Of a stretch of 64,000 nucleotides of DNA, positions 1 through 12,409 are shown piece by piece. The first letter of the stretch is position 1. Each line of letters opens with the position of its first letter. This DNA is from Vitrella brassicaformis CCMP3155. Its lineage: Eukaryota > Protista > Chromerida. The stretch is taken from NCBI GenBank assembly GCA_001179505.1, contig CDMY01000235.1, positions 62,001 through 126,000 on the forward strand, in the 5' to 3' direction. The translations under genes were made by a program, and so were the position numbers. The notes beneath the pieces are model-generated. The model made no database searches. It had not been told where the DNA came from and saw only the letters and a program-made list of their open reading frames with translations.

Positions 1-1598
1 ATCCATCAGGCAGATGCGTGAGGTCAATCGCGGCGAGGTTGACGGCGTCAACCACTACCAGCACTACCTCGAGTCCGTCGCGACAAGTCAGGCATGAGCA
101 CTGCAAGATGAGGAATCCGATAACGGCAGTACTGTCTCTGTCTGTCTGCAGCGTACGCAAGTGAGTTTGAGGGTGAGGTCGGCAATCTCATGCGCCGCTT
201 CCAGACGCTGAGGGAGAGCAATGCGGAGCTGGAGGCGCAAGTTGTCAACTCGACGCAGACACTAGAGGCGCAGAGGTAGGTTTTATCGTGTTTGCATGAC
301 GAGGGAGACATCATTGTCTATCTCTGTGACAACGCCGGACTGCAGGCAAAAGGTGGCCACCTTCATCGAGAAGACGCAGAATGATCTGGTGAGGCTCACA
401 TCAGAGCTGTCCGAGAAGCAGCTGCAGCTCGACAAGATGCTTGCCATGATCTCGTCGCTGGAGGAGAAAGTCAATAGGTACGCCCTCTGTCTGTGTGGCG
501 TGTGGCCAAAATAGCACAACACAGCCAGGGCTTCTTGTGTGTACTGGATGCAGTGAGACGGGGGAGACGACCTACAAGGACTCCCTGATATCGTCTTTTC
601 AGATGGCCATCAGCTCCCTGTTCGCACGGCTTGTGCAGAAGTCGCCTCATGCTAACACCAAGCAGAATAGGCGGCTGATGCAGTCCACCCAGATGAAGTA
701 CGGCCGGCACACCGAGGAGATGCTCAAGCTCATTCAGGAGAGGGCCACCGACATGCGATGGGTCATCTCGACATTCCACCGGGAGCATAACAAAAGTGAG
801 AAGCACACATGCAGTGTTCAATCAACCAGACACGTGGACACCCCTTCCTTGTTCCTCGCAGAGGCGGCGCGTGCAAAGGAGCCAGTCCACCACCCTGTGT
901 ATTACGATGAGGACGAGGAGACACACAAAGACGTCATCGAGTTCTACAGACCCCAACGTGCGGCACCGGAGCGTGGCTCGGCATCCGGCGCCTCGTCCAA
1001 TGAGCTCGAATCGAGATTATCTCGAGACAGGATGGTGACCCCTTCTGAGTCCCAAGCGCCCATCGCAGAGGACGTCAGCCAGCCACAACCATCACACCTG
1101 GCCCCCCCGCCGCCCTTCAAGCGCCACCGAGTCCGTTTGAAGAGTAGGTCTGTCGTTGAGCATCGAGAGAAGGCGACACCATCGGTGTATGCCCGACCGA
1201 GAGCGGTCAGCACCACAGCCCCGCGGAAGCCGTCGCGTGTGTCGCCCAAGGGAGCGTCCAAGGCAGCTGTGCTTTCGCCTAAGGTGGCAGACGAGCCAGC
1301 TCCTGCTGACGTGCAGCGGTCTGCCAGCCCAACGTCAGAAGGTACGTACGTAAGACACCTCCAAGGAGGAGGCAACACGTCCAATCGTACGCCCCTACCG
1401 CTTTCAGACGGTGAGACGTCTCCGCCTGCCCCTCGCCCTTCACAGCCCATCGTTGCTCGCGGCCGGCACCGACAGAGCATCACCAAGCGGCAATTTAATG
1501 AGCTGTTGGGGCTGGGGGAAAGCTTCGAGCCTCCTGAACTCGTCCCTGAGCCCTTGCCCAAGTTCGCCTCTCTTCTCTCTGCTAATTCAGGCAAATGA
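1..1598 (+). CDS. Hypothetical multi-exon protein, probably 5'-partial: coiled-coil region followed by a Pro/Ser-rich disordered tail
   Basis: Plausible exons bounded by GT-AG (about 151-277, 346-477, 554 onward). They encode heptad-like LREENAELEAQV and LSEKQLQLDKMLAMISSLEEK. The long ORF 495-1598 ends SANSGK*. No family recognised. Confidence 0.6.
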
Positions 1599-2375
1599 GG
1601 GTGCTTTGCTTGCGAGTGATGCAAGGGGAGGGTGAGAGCTGTGATGCCCATACAGAGCTGCAGAGCCCCCAAAGCTTTGGGTTGTTGTTGTGTGTACCTT
1701 TTCATTGTTCATGTCATGTGTCTGTCGCTGCGTGCATTTGTCCAAGTAGAATGTCTGTCTGTGCTCATCACGTCTCTCATCTCACCGCGCTTGTCTGTCT
1801 TTCCCATTCCCCGTATGCCCCTCCCCCTCTCCACCCCGACACCTTGCATAAAAGCTTAAGCGGGACGGCCGCATCCGGACGGACACACGGGCGGCAGAAA
1901 AGCCGATCACATTCATCCATCGCGCAGCTGACGCTCGCTGAGACCTTCACATGCAATTGCTTGCGCTGGCTCATGTCTGACTGACCCTCTCTGCCGTCTG
2001 TCTGTTCCTTCCTTCAAATAAAAGCGTCACGCCTCGTCCGTCATAGAGCAAGGCAGCCACGTATTAGAAAGCCGACAGCCCCAGTGACCGACCCATTACA
2101 CAGACAGACAGACAGACACGGACATACACACGATACACAGAGATGAGGCGACAGGATACCTGCTAAAGGATGCACCACCAACATGACATGAACTACCTGA
2201 CTTACTGCGGTGCGTGCACATACTACATATATACGGCACGCACAAACACTTCAGCAGCCAGCCGTCGTCAAATCAGCTCAGCCAGCCACAACAAACAGTC
2301 ATGAGTGAATGGATGAATGAGAACCTGCGGGTTGACCTGTCTATCATCTCTCCCCTCTCCAGGTAAACACATACC

Positions 2376-4757
2376 TTAGTAGTACGGATCCCTCTCTCTG
2401 TCGTCCTTGTACCTGTCGCCCCCATCCCTCCCATCCCTGCCCACCACCTTGCCCGAGTTCTTGCCGTTGTTGGGGTGCATGTTGCGCACGCTGCTCTTCT
2501 TCTGGCAGCACGACGTGTACCCGCCGTGGTAGCCGCTGCCTCGGCAGTCCTTCTCCCACACGTACCCGGCGCAGTGGTAGTCATTGATGCACTCCTCCAT
2601 GCAGGCGCTCTCCGACATGCCCAGCTGCATGCCGTGGCGGTCTTGGCCGTTGATCTCATAGCCGGGGTGGGGCTCGATGCAGGCCATGCCGTCCTCGGAG
2701 GACCAGGCCAGAGCTGCCATGACACCCAGATGGTTGGCCACCTCCTGGGGGTGCAGATGCTTCAGCCAGCAGCAGCCCTGACGTGACGAACACACACAGG
2801 TATGCCGACATCCATCGTGCGGTGCGAGGCAGCTGTGTTGGTTCGAGCGGCTTTTGTGTTGACGTACGAATGTGTGTCCGCCATGTCCGCATCGGTGCAG
2901 CCATGCGTATCCGCCGCAGTCGTGTCGGTCGAGGCACGCCTTGCCGCACTGCCCCTCCGAGTGGTCGGGCAGGAAGTGCAGGTCGTCACCCGGGTTGAGG
3001 TCGTGGTAAGGCTTGGGCACCAAACAATCCTTCTCCTCTGCATATTATAAGCACAACACAGCCAGCCACACAATTCCGAGTGCTCGACCCCAGCCTGCTG
3101 CTGTGCCGTGTCATGTCATGCGTGGTTCCCTACGTGGGTTGGTGACATCGCTGCCGCACTTGACCTGCACGTGGTAGTTGCCCTCGGCCATGCCAAAGCC
3201 GCCCACGTACAAGAAGTAGGTACCGGGCGCCAGGTTGAGGGTCATGGCCGAGCAGAAGGTACCCATGCCGCACTCAGAGTCAGCAGGCGAGTAGGGCGCG
3301 TCATCGTTGTAGAACAGACTAAGGGAGAAGACAGACAGAGATGGAACAATGCCCTGGCTGATCCCCCTCTCCCCCTTGCTTACCATTTGTCTCTTCCCTG
3401 GTCCGGATGGCATCCCTTGGTGACTGCTACGATGGTGTCGTACCTGGTGCCCTTGGACACCGTGGAGACCTCCACGGGAATCTGGCGGTGACGACGGTAG
3501 TGGGGCTGGATCTCCAGCTCGTACACCGCCTGCTTCGTGTACGGGCCGAACGAACCGCAGTTCTGCAGGTAACCTTCGACGCTCTGGAACCCACGAACAA
3601 ACAGAACAGAGAGGAGAGTCAGAGTCATGGTGCAGGGCATGCATTTGTGTCTTGCCCGCCTCACCTGCAGAATGGTGTTGTCGCTGATTTTCGACCCACA
3701 CTGCAGAGTGCCTTTGAAAGCCCCCGTCTTTGCCAGCTTGGGGCGGCACCCCTTCGGCAGGTCCTTGCAGCAGTTGCCCTTCCTGCCGTCCCCCTTGTCG
3801 GGCATCTTGGTGGGCACGCAGGGCGGGGCCTTCATCTTGTAGCCATCGATGCACGGCTTGTTGCGCTCGAGGATGGCCTGGGGACAGCAGCCATAGTAGC
3901 CACCCGGGCGGTCTTCGCAGTGGTAGCCGCCGCACTGGCCGCAGTACTCTGAGCAGCAGGCCGTCCCCGCATGGTTGATTCTGCCGCCGACGACGTCGCA
4001 GATCTCCCCCTCGTCCATGTAATGATTGGGGTCTGAGCACGGAGGGAGGAAACAGAGGATACGGGAGGGAGCATGGGGTTCACGTTGCCATCTCGCGTGG
4101 CGTACCGATGAGGCTTTTCGCGTATTCGTCGGTCGGGGTGTAGCCCCAGGAGAAGGCGGCGCTCGAGCCGCCGCCCGGCAGGGCGGTGTATTTCCTGTCC
4201 CCCACCATGCTCATCGCGTCAGACGAGTAGAATGAGCACTTGGGGAGCTTGTGCTTCGCCAGCGCCACCTCTGAGTAGGAGCCAACCACCCCACCGCTGC
4301 CATTCTTGCCGTTCTTGTCGATCTTGCTCGGCGGCACATCAGTGTAGTCGGCGAGGCACATGCGGCAGCAATGTTGCTGGCAAGACCGAAAGACAGACAG
4401 ACAGACAGACGTGACGTGTGGTCTGTCTGTTGCATGAGATGAGGCCTGGCTGGCACTCGTGAGTGCCTGTACGTACCGCAGATCCAAACATGTTGCAGCC
4501 ATCGGTGTCTGGGGCGCAGCTCTCGTCGTAGATGAAGCGGTTGTTCTCGCAGAACGCCTTGGATGTGCTGCCGCAGTAGTTCTCGTCTGAACCACCACCC
4601 TCTGACAACAAAGCACACAGACAGATGGGAGGGGCACGAGTGAGTACTGTACGCCCTTGCATCGTCCTGAGCAGCAGTTCTGCATCGTACTCTTCGACTT
4701 CTTATTGGCGAGACTTCCAGAGATCAGCAGAGCCAAGATCAGGGGAGCCGTCTTCAT
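2376..4757 (-). CDS. Secreted Cys-rich mosaic protein with an N-terminal Cys domain, a CC-x3-CG-x-CGG module, a PPC-like beta domain and two C-terminal PAN/apple-like domains
   Basis: Signal peptide MKTAPLILALLISGSLA at 4757. Internal segments include ACCSEYCGQCGGYHCEDRPGGYYGCC and YNDDAPY...LNLAPGTYFLYVGGFGMAEGNYHVQVKC. PAN-like segments are SEGQCGKACLDRHDCGGYAW and SESACMEECINDYHCAGYVW...CCQKKSS. Stop codon at 2376. Confidence 0.75.
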
Positions 4758-4933
4758 GGTGGTGGTGGCAAGCGTCATCTCTCAGCAGCCCCAGCAATCA
4801 GGCGCTGTAGCTGACGTACGCGATCCACCAACGGCAGGCCCGGGGCCAGGCGCCCCCAACCTCTCCCTTCCCTCCGCTCCTTAATTTGATTCCAGTAGTC
4901 TGTAGCAGCACTCTTCGAGCACGAGCAAAGGAG
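4758..4933. promoter_or_regulatory. Probable bidirectional promoter between the secreted PAN gene and the kinesin gene
   Basis: Divergent ATGs at 4757 (-) and 4934 (+) are only about 176 bp apart. Confidence 0.5.
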
Positions 4934-7900
4934 ATGGCTCCCAAGGCGAAAGTGGCGAGCCCCAAGGGGAGGGCGAAGGCCAAGCCTGGAGGAGCCAAGG
5001 GCGCGGAGGCCAAAGGAGCACCCACACTGAAGATTGAGAGAGGGGCAAGCGGCACCCTGCAGCGAAAGACCATCGCAGCAGGCGAGAGACCAATGCTCGA
5101 CCGCACCGGGACCGACACTGAGGCGCCGGTGCCCGAGCGCGTTCGCATCGAGCAGCGGCGCCGCAGTGTGAGCAAGGATGAGTCCATCAGGGTCACTGTG
5201 CGGATGAGGCCCCTCTTCTCCAAAGAGGTGTGGTGTGAAGGCGAAAGGCATGCACACAAAAGATGGGGAAGTGGAATCGGATGTGCGTTGCCTGCCCGTG
5301 CGTGTGGCATCGTTTCAGACGAGCAAGGGTCACCAACAGCTGTGGAAGATCGAGAACGAGAAGACCGTCACGTCTGACCCCTCCATGGTCATCGAGCCAG
5401 AGATTCTCCCCGCGGGCCCACTCAAGACAAACGCCTTCTCGTTCGACAACTGTCTCGACGGAACTGGTAAGACAGCTGCCGCGTCTCTTCACATCTATCT
5501 CTTCTACGTGCTCTTTTCCAGTGACCAATGACGAAATGTACGAATGCATGGCGAAGGATGTCGTGTTGGATGCCATCGAAGGCATCAATGGGTGCGTCCT
5601 GAGCTATGGGCAGACGGGCAGCGGCAAGACCTTCAGCACCATGGGTACAATGGACCAGCCGGGCATCATTCCCCAGGCGCTCGACGACATTTTCTTCCGC
5701 ATCGCAAACTCAGAGGACGAGACGACGGTAAAACAAACGAGCCATTCGCCATTCCCAGTACGATAGGGCGTACAACTTCATCTCATTTGCAGGAGTACTT
5801 GGTTCGGTGTGCCTACGTTGAGATCTACATGGAGGTGAGAAAGCAAAAAGACACGGGAGGGAGATATGCTATGCAGGTTTCTTTCTTTGTTCTGTCAGCG
5901 CGTCAACGATTTGTTCCAGGACGGTCCCGATGGCGAGAACTCGCCGATGGAGAATCTGCAGGTGAAGGAGGATCCAGGCAAGGGATTCTATGTGGTCGGT
6001 TTGGCGGAGAAGATCGTTGGGAACGCTGACGACGTGCTGGAGCTGCTCAGGAGGGCAGAGAAGAAGAGGAGGTTCGCGGTAAGCAAGCCAAGCCCTCTGT
6101 CTTTCTTCCCACTCACTCAATCAAAAGCGGCTACAAACCCTGTCTGTCTCGGCTTTGAATGAATGCAGCGCACTAACTTCAACGACGTCTCGTCACGGTC
6201 AGTGCAAGTGGAGTGCTCAAGAGACTGTGCAGTGAGTGCATGTGTCTGTTTGAATGTATGGATGCCCGTACGAGTCTGTCTGTGCGTACATGTATGTCTC
6301 CAGTTCGCACGTGGTGTTCATCATGATCATCGAGACGAGCAGCGAGGTGGGTGCGGGTGCCGAGAAGAGCACAATCACCAAGGCTGGCCGCCTCAATCTG
6401 GTCGACCTAGCTGGCAACGAGAAGGTCTCCCAGGCAGCGGCCGGCACTGGCGGGGCGCAAGAAAAGGTACCTACACGAGACTCTTGTGACGGACGCTTGT
6501 CCCTGGGTGCTTAGAGACACTCACTTATGGTCGTGTGAGTTCAGAAAACTATGGACGAGGGCAAGCGGATCAACCAGTCGCTATTTTTCCTGAGGTAGGC
6601 GCGGTGCCGAGTCCCAGACATGCTGGCTCAGTCAATTGATTGTCCCGTGTGCGGTGCGTGGACTCGCAGTGAGGTGATTGGCAAATTGTCTGCACGTGCT
6701 GAGATCATACAGAAGAAGGGGTCGGCTAAGGCTGCCCAGCGGGAGCTGGAGTCCCTCTATGTGCCGTACCGCGACTCAAAGCTCACCAGGCTGCTACAGG
6801 TAGGTAGAGGATATGGCCCACCACCCATGTGCCTGGATGCAGCTACATGCGGTGATGCCATGCCTGTGGTCAGAATTCGCTGGGCGGCAACTCGCGCTGT
6901 TCGCTTCTCATTGCCGTCACGCCCAGCCACATGTACCAAGAGGAGACGCTCTCCTCTCTGCGGTCAGTAATGCAATGCACCCATCTATCAGGACTCCATG
7001 TCCTTCCACATGAATGTATTGGCTGGCCCTGTGTGTTGTGCTGTGTGTGTATGGGGCAGTTTTGCGGCCAAGGCCAAGAAGATCACGGTCGAAGTTCAGA
7101 CCAATTTTGTGTCTCCCGAGCAGTCGGTCATCGCCCAGCAGAAGGAGACCATCCGCAGGCTCGAGGAGCAACTACAAAGGCTGCAAGAGGTAGGCACCGC
7201 ACCCGGTCAGTACCCGTGACCGCTTGATCGGTGTGCTGTGTGTTGCGCCATGTCAGGGTGGCGGCGTTCCGCAGGCCCCTGCGGGCAGCCTCGTAGCCCC
7301 GCCACCGCCGAGCTCCGAAGAAGTGGACCAGCTCAAGGTGCTCATGTCACTGACTGAGTGGATTGGTGGGCAATCTATCTTCTGTCTTGGCGTGTGTCTC
7401 GCTCACACAGGAGGAGATGAAGAGCAAGCTTGATCGCTTGACTAATCTCATCCTGAAGCAGGATGTGACATCACCCAAGGACAGCGCGTCAAAAACCATG
7501 CCATCCGCCAAAATGCGACGGTAATTAAGCACATCCATTCGATCGGAGATGGTGAAAGTCAGCGACGTGTTCTGCATGTCTCTCTCTGCTGGATTGGATC
7601 AGCATGACGATGGCGGGCCCGCAGGGCGGTGGCAGGGGTGGCTTCGCGGGCTTTGCCCCCGGGCTGCGCGGGTCTTTCTTGCAGGAGCTCATCAAGAGGC
7701 CCGCACCTGCAAAGAAGAAGAAGGAGGAAGAAGAGGAAGAGGAATCGGTGCGGCACCAAGGTGCACGCTCTATTGAATACACACGCATATGGTGGTGTGC
7801 AGGAGGAGGAGGAGGAGCAGTCTGACGAGGAGGTCGAGGAGATGGCGTCGGTCACGGGATTCGACATCGACGAAATGCTCGAAAAGATTGACTTCGCCAA

Positions 7901-10755
7901 CCTCGACGAACAAAAGAAGATCGAGAAAATCAAAAAGTCAGTCAGCGAAAAGATACGTACCAACACGGTCACATGTATGTGTCTTCTCGGCCTGTGCTTG
8001 TGTCTGTCTCCAGCCTGATCATGGACAAGGCCGAGGAGGCCAAGAGAGCCAACACGGAGGCCCGCCGTCTGTCTGCCAAGGTGAAGAAGCTGCGCAAGAT
8101 CTCCGACAAGCAGAAGAAGAAAGAGAAGCGCGCCACTGTGGTCGTCGGGGAGCTGCCCACACCCTCTGCGGCGAGAAAAGGGGAGCTTGGTGCCGAGATC
8201 AAGGAGAGAAAAAAGACCGTCGGGTTCGGTATCGGTATGGCCCCGGCTGCGGAGCCCACCACACCCACCACACCGAAGAAAACTGCATCCCTGGAGAAAC
8301 TCGCACAGAAGGCCGTGGCCAATGTCGTCAAGTCAGTGGGAGGGAGGGAGAACAGACAGACAGACAGACAGACAGAGACAGACAGACAGAGCAAGGGGCT
8401 GCATTCCGGCTCACGCACAACTGTTCCTTTCTCTTTTCGTTGCCCGCCCACATGTGTCTGTCAGGAATTCCCTCCTGGGTCTTGCAGAGAACAAGACCAT
8501 CCCAGCGTCTGAGCAGTCCGAGTACCGCCTGGCCGTCCAGCACATGATGCTCGGCACCGCTCCGTCCACGCCAGCGGCGGGCGCGAGGGCGAGGCTCAGC
8601 GACGAGAAGGGCGCGGGCCGGCGTGTCTCGCACAGGCATGTGGACGTCGGAGAGGGGGAACCCAAAGGCGTCACTAGCACTGTCAGGTCAGCAGCTCCAC
8701 GCTAATGTCTATGTTGACCTGGGACCGTCTGTGTGATCAGGGTTGCGTTGAATTGCCTGGCCGAGCGGCCCGAGATCCCCGAGCCTGAGAAGGAGAGCTA
8801 CCACCAGTCTGCCGAGCACATCAAGAAGCGCTTCCCCCTCGACAGGGGCATCACGCCGCTCGTACTCGAACAGAAGGTTAGCTAGTGGGCATTCTTGGAT
8901 GCATCAGGTGACCGCATCGATGCATGTCTCCCGCTGTGTGCAGCCCGATGACGTCATCGCAGGTCTGCAGAAGGCCAACACGAAACTCATTGAGGAGCGC
9001 GACGAACTCAACCAGCGGGCAGCGAAGATGCAGGAGGAGAAGGCCCGCCTGCTGTCGGAGATGCAAGATTTGGAAAAACAACTCCGGACGGGCGGTGAGG
9101 CGGCCATCGGGGAGACCAGCCTGGCCAACCTCAGCGCCAAACTGCAGCAGGTGCGTACAACGAGTGTTGGGGGAAGCCCTGTAGTGTTGTCTGATGGTCA
9201 GGATCTGAAGCGGGCTCAGGATGTCCCCGAAGGTACGACGAGCGACAAGCGAGAGGCGCTCCTAGGCATTCTCAAAGTATTGGAAGACAAGGTCGGACGG
9301 ACAACAACCTCCATCCATCCACACACACACAACACACGTCAGTCAAATCATGCATGTCGCTTCGCCTCATATGTATATCAGATCGATCAACTTCGCAACC
9401 TGCAACGACACTTCCGTGACAAGCTGTCGGGCGTCCCGACGGCTGCAGCGGCATTTCCGCCTCCCTCGCCGTTCCCCCCGGTCCTGCAAGGCCTCCCAAC
9501 AGCAGCCAGACGGCAATTCGTCACCAAACGGTCGTTTCTGCCATCACCGTGTTTCGCGAGACGGGCGCCCCCGGCTCCCGGTGTGTCCTCTTCGCTGCCC
9601 CCCAGCCCGTCCACCAAGACTGTCTGCTGCGGGCTGCGCAGCCCCAGAGAGCCTCAGCCTAGAGATGTGAAGCCAAAGGTAAAAGACCGCACCGTACAGT
9701 GGCGACCGATCATATCGACCACTTAGTGTCTCGTGTCTCCGTCTGTCTCTCTTCAGGCCAGGGGTGGTGTACCTCCCCTGAACCTCGGGGTGATGAGCCA
9801 GCCACAGCCCAAGTGGAGTCCGCCGTCATACAGAGAAGAGGCCAACTTGAAGATGCCATTCCCGTCGGAGGAACCGAAAGCCGTGTTTTCTCCCCGGCCG
9901 CCCAGCCCCGTGCCGGTCGGGTTCGCTACACCCCGCGTGACCTCGACTGTCGTCATGTCGCCGCCGCCGGCAGATGTGCGCCCTGTCCAGACTGCTCGTC
10001 CCTGCTACGTCTCGGTGTTTTGCGGACCACCGAGACCACAACAGCCTGCAAGTGCGGTTCGGTCTTTCCAGCCCCACCCTCCGTGCCACCCGAAGAGCCC
10101 CCCTGCCCCCGCCAACAGCAGCCTGCCTTCATCGCCCCTTCCACCGCCCGTCCTCACGATGCGCCCGCCACCGCAGTCTGCCCCTGCACCGACTGTCCAG
10201 CACATGAAGGCGTCTGCACCACAGCCGGCGAGTGTCTCCCGTGTGGACAGCCCCTGGCCCACCTCTCGACCGGCGACGTATCGGTATGTAATGGGCCCAT
10301 TGAGTCAGAAGCAGGGGGCGGGGAGGGTCGACGAGGAGGGTGTCAAGCGGGATCTCATGAGACAGGAGACCTCTGCGTGTCAGAGGTGCTGCATATCGCA
10401 CAGGGGGGCCAGACGAGACAAGAAGTGAGTGATGAACACGTGGTGGGGTGGCGTCGGTCGGGGTGCTTCGAGGAAGGACCGCTTTGTTTTTGCGTTGCTC
10501 TGGACGCCTGTACGTCTGTTGGTCTGCGTGGATGCCTGTCTGTCAGTATGTTGCCCTCCCTGTGTGAGTGGATTGGGGAGGGGGGTCTGTGTGCTGCGTG
10601 GGGGGAGGGAGGACAGAGAGAGGGCAGGAGAGACAGGTGCTTTGTGTCGTGGGTACGGTACGCTCGTTCCTGGTGGTCGAATGAATATGCACATCACTGG
10701 CTGGACTGACTCATCACTTGTCTGCGTTAGCAGGCGGCTCTCGAGAGATGACTGA
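4934..10755 (+). CDS. Kinesin motor protein, kinesin-7/CENP-E-like N-terminal motor with coiled-coil stalk and Pro-rich tail
   Basis: Motifs across exons: IRVTVRMRPL, P-loop SYGQTGSGKTFSTMG, YVEIYME, switch I NDVSSRSH, switch II LNLVDLAGNEK, VPYRDSKLTRLLQ-NSLGGNSR, EETLSSLRFAAKAKKI. Neck and motor resemble CENP-E by eye. The 3' end is approximate. Confidence 0.9.
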
Positions 10756-12409
10756 TCAGATCCCTCTGTATTCCGTCGGTTTCGTCATTCCTCTCACGGC
10801 TTTGGATTTCAGTGTCTGATTCCAGTCAGTCGTCCGTTGAAACGCCACACGGAGAGAGAGAGTGAGTGCCATCCATCCATCCATCCACCCCCCTTGACCG
10901 GCAGCCCCACCTGCCTGCCTGCCTGCCTGCCCTGTCTGCCTGAGTCGTTGGTTGTCACCACTAAAGTACACACCAGACCAGGGGGGAGGGGCAGGGCCAC
11001 CCCACCCAGACACGCAGCTTCCCCCCCACACACACGGGTCCGACCCATGCAATCGAATCGATCTGCCAGGCTAAATATATGATGCATGTCATGTACGCAC
11101 ACGCGTGATAGGTGTGTGCCACACACACACGCAGTCTGGCTTAGCTTAGATACGTTCTTTGTTTGTTGATCGAATTGGACAAAACCGAGTCAGTCAAAGT
11201 GAGTGCTGTATGAGTGAGAGACCATTCGTTGTGTTGTCGTCGGTCAGGTAAGTGGACAGGGCAGGCAGCCAAGCAGCCCGGCAAAAAGATGCCTGCCCTT
11301 CAGGCAGCCACCGCCGTTCTCTCCTTCACTGTGACCCCCCCTCCCCCCATCGCGACACCCCATGCGCCACACACCCCCCACTTACATGCTCAGCGACCGC
11401 CACTGCACCCATCCATCCATCCGCCCTGCTGTTGTCCACCTGCTCTGTGCTTGTCTGTCCGTTGGAGCGAGTATTGCCAACCAAGACTACCTGCCTGCTG
11501 CTGTTGGCTCTCTTGCAAGAGCTACGGCAGCACACAAGCATCTGGCACAGTAAACAAAGGAACCAACACACTCGAAAACACTCAACACTGCAGGTGGCAC
11601 TGATCTGTGTAAGTGTGCGCCACGCCCACCCATCCATGTGCTCATCGCACCGATATTTACCTTACGAGCAGGAAATGTCGCACCGAGACCTCCGGAAACG
11701 GCATTTCGGTGTTAAGTCTCCTCTCGTGAGGTCAATATCGGAACGACTCGCACACAGACAGGTCAATCAACTGCCGACCACATGTGGTATGGCTCGTTCG
11801 CTGTGCACCTCATCTGGCCCTCCAGAGCCCCCGTCCACCCAACCACCCACTTCTCTCTTACCTAGCCTCGCATCTGCAGGCGTGTGGGGGAGGGAGAGGG
11901 CAGGGGGGGTTGAAAGCAAGAACGGACAGGCAGTCAGACAGATAAGACAGACAGACAGACAGGGGTGCTGATGTGACAGTGTGGGTGTGCTTCGAGCAAA
12001 AAACCGACACAGCATCACTCACAAGAAACCGATGGATCGCAGCGATAAGTAAATACGACGCACACGCACACACATGAACACCACACCATGGAATGAAATG
12101 GAATGGAACGGACAAGTGGGAAAGAGAGTGTGCTCTTCGAGTCAGTCCTGGTCAGCCCCTATCTCTCTCCTCCTCTCTGCATCTTCCTCCTCTCTCAGCC
12201 AGCCACGTGCGCATCCATCGATCGGCCGTGCAGCGAATTCACCCAACAACACAACACAAGGCAGGCAGGCACCCAGGAAGGCAGGCGGGCAGGCAGGCAG
12301 GCAGCCCCGTCCACACCATGCCATGCTCGCTATGACCATACATACAGGAGAAACTGTGGCACTCAGACAGACATTATGGACCGGACCCCATTCACCAGTG
12401 ACGTGACAG

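Noticed and set aside
944-1705. Long antisense ORFs over real genes (also 31033-31371, 52366-52905, 53047-53817, 63173-63580)
   Set aside because: They are shadows of GC-rich coding strands and show no motifs of their own.
7640-7720. GGFAGFAPGLRGSFLQELIKRP in the kinesin stalk, faintly like a WH2 or capping-protein-binding motif
   Set aside because: Too short, and it lacks a convincing LKKT/V-type consensus.
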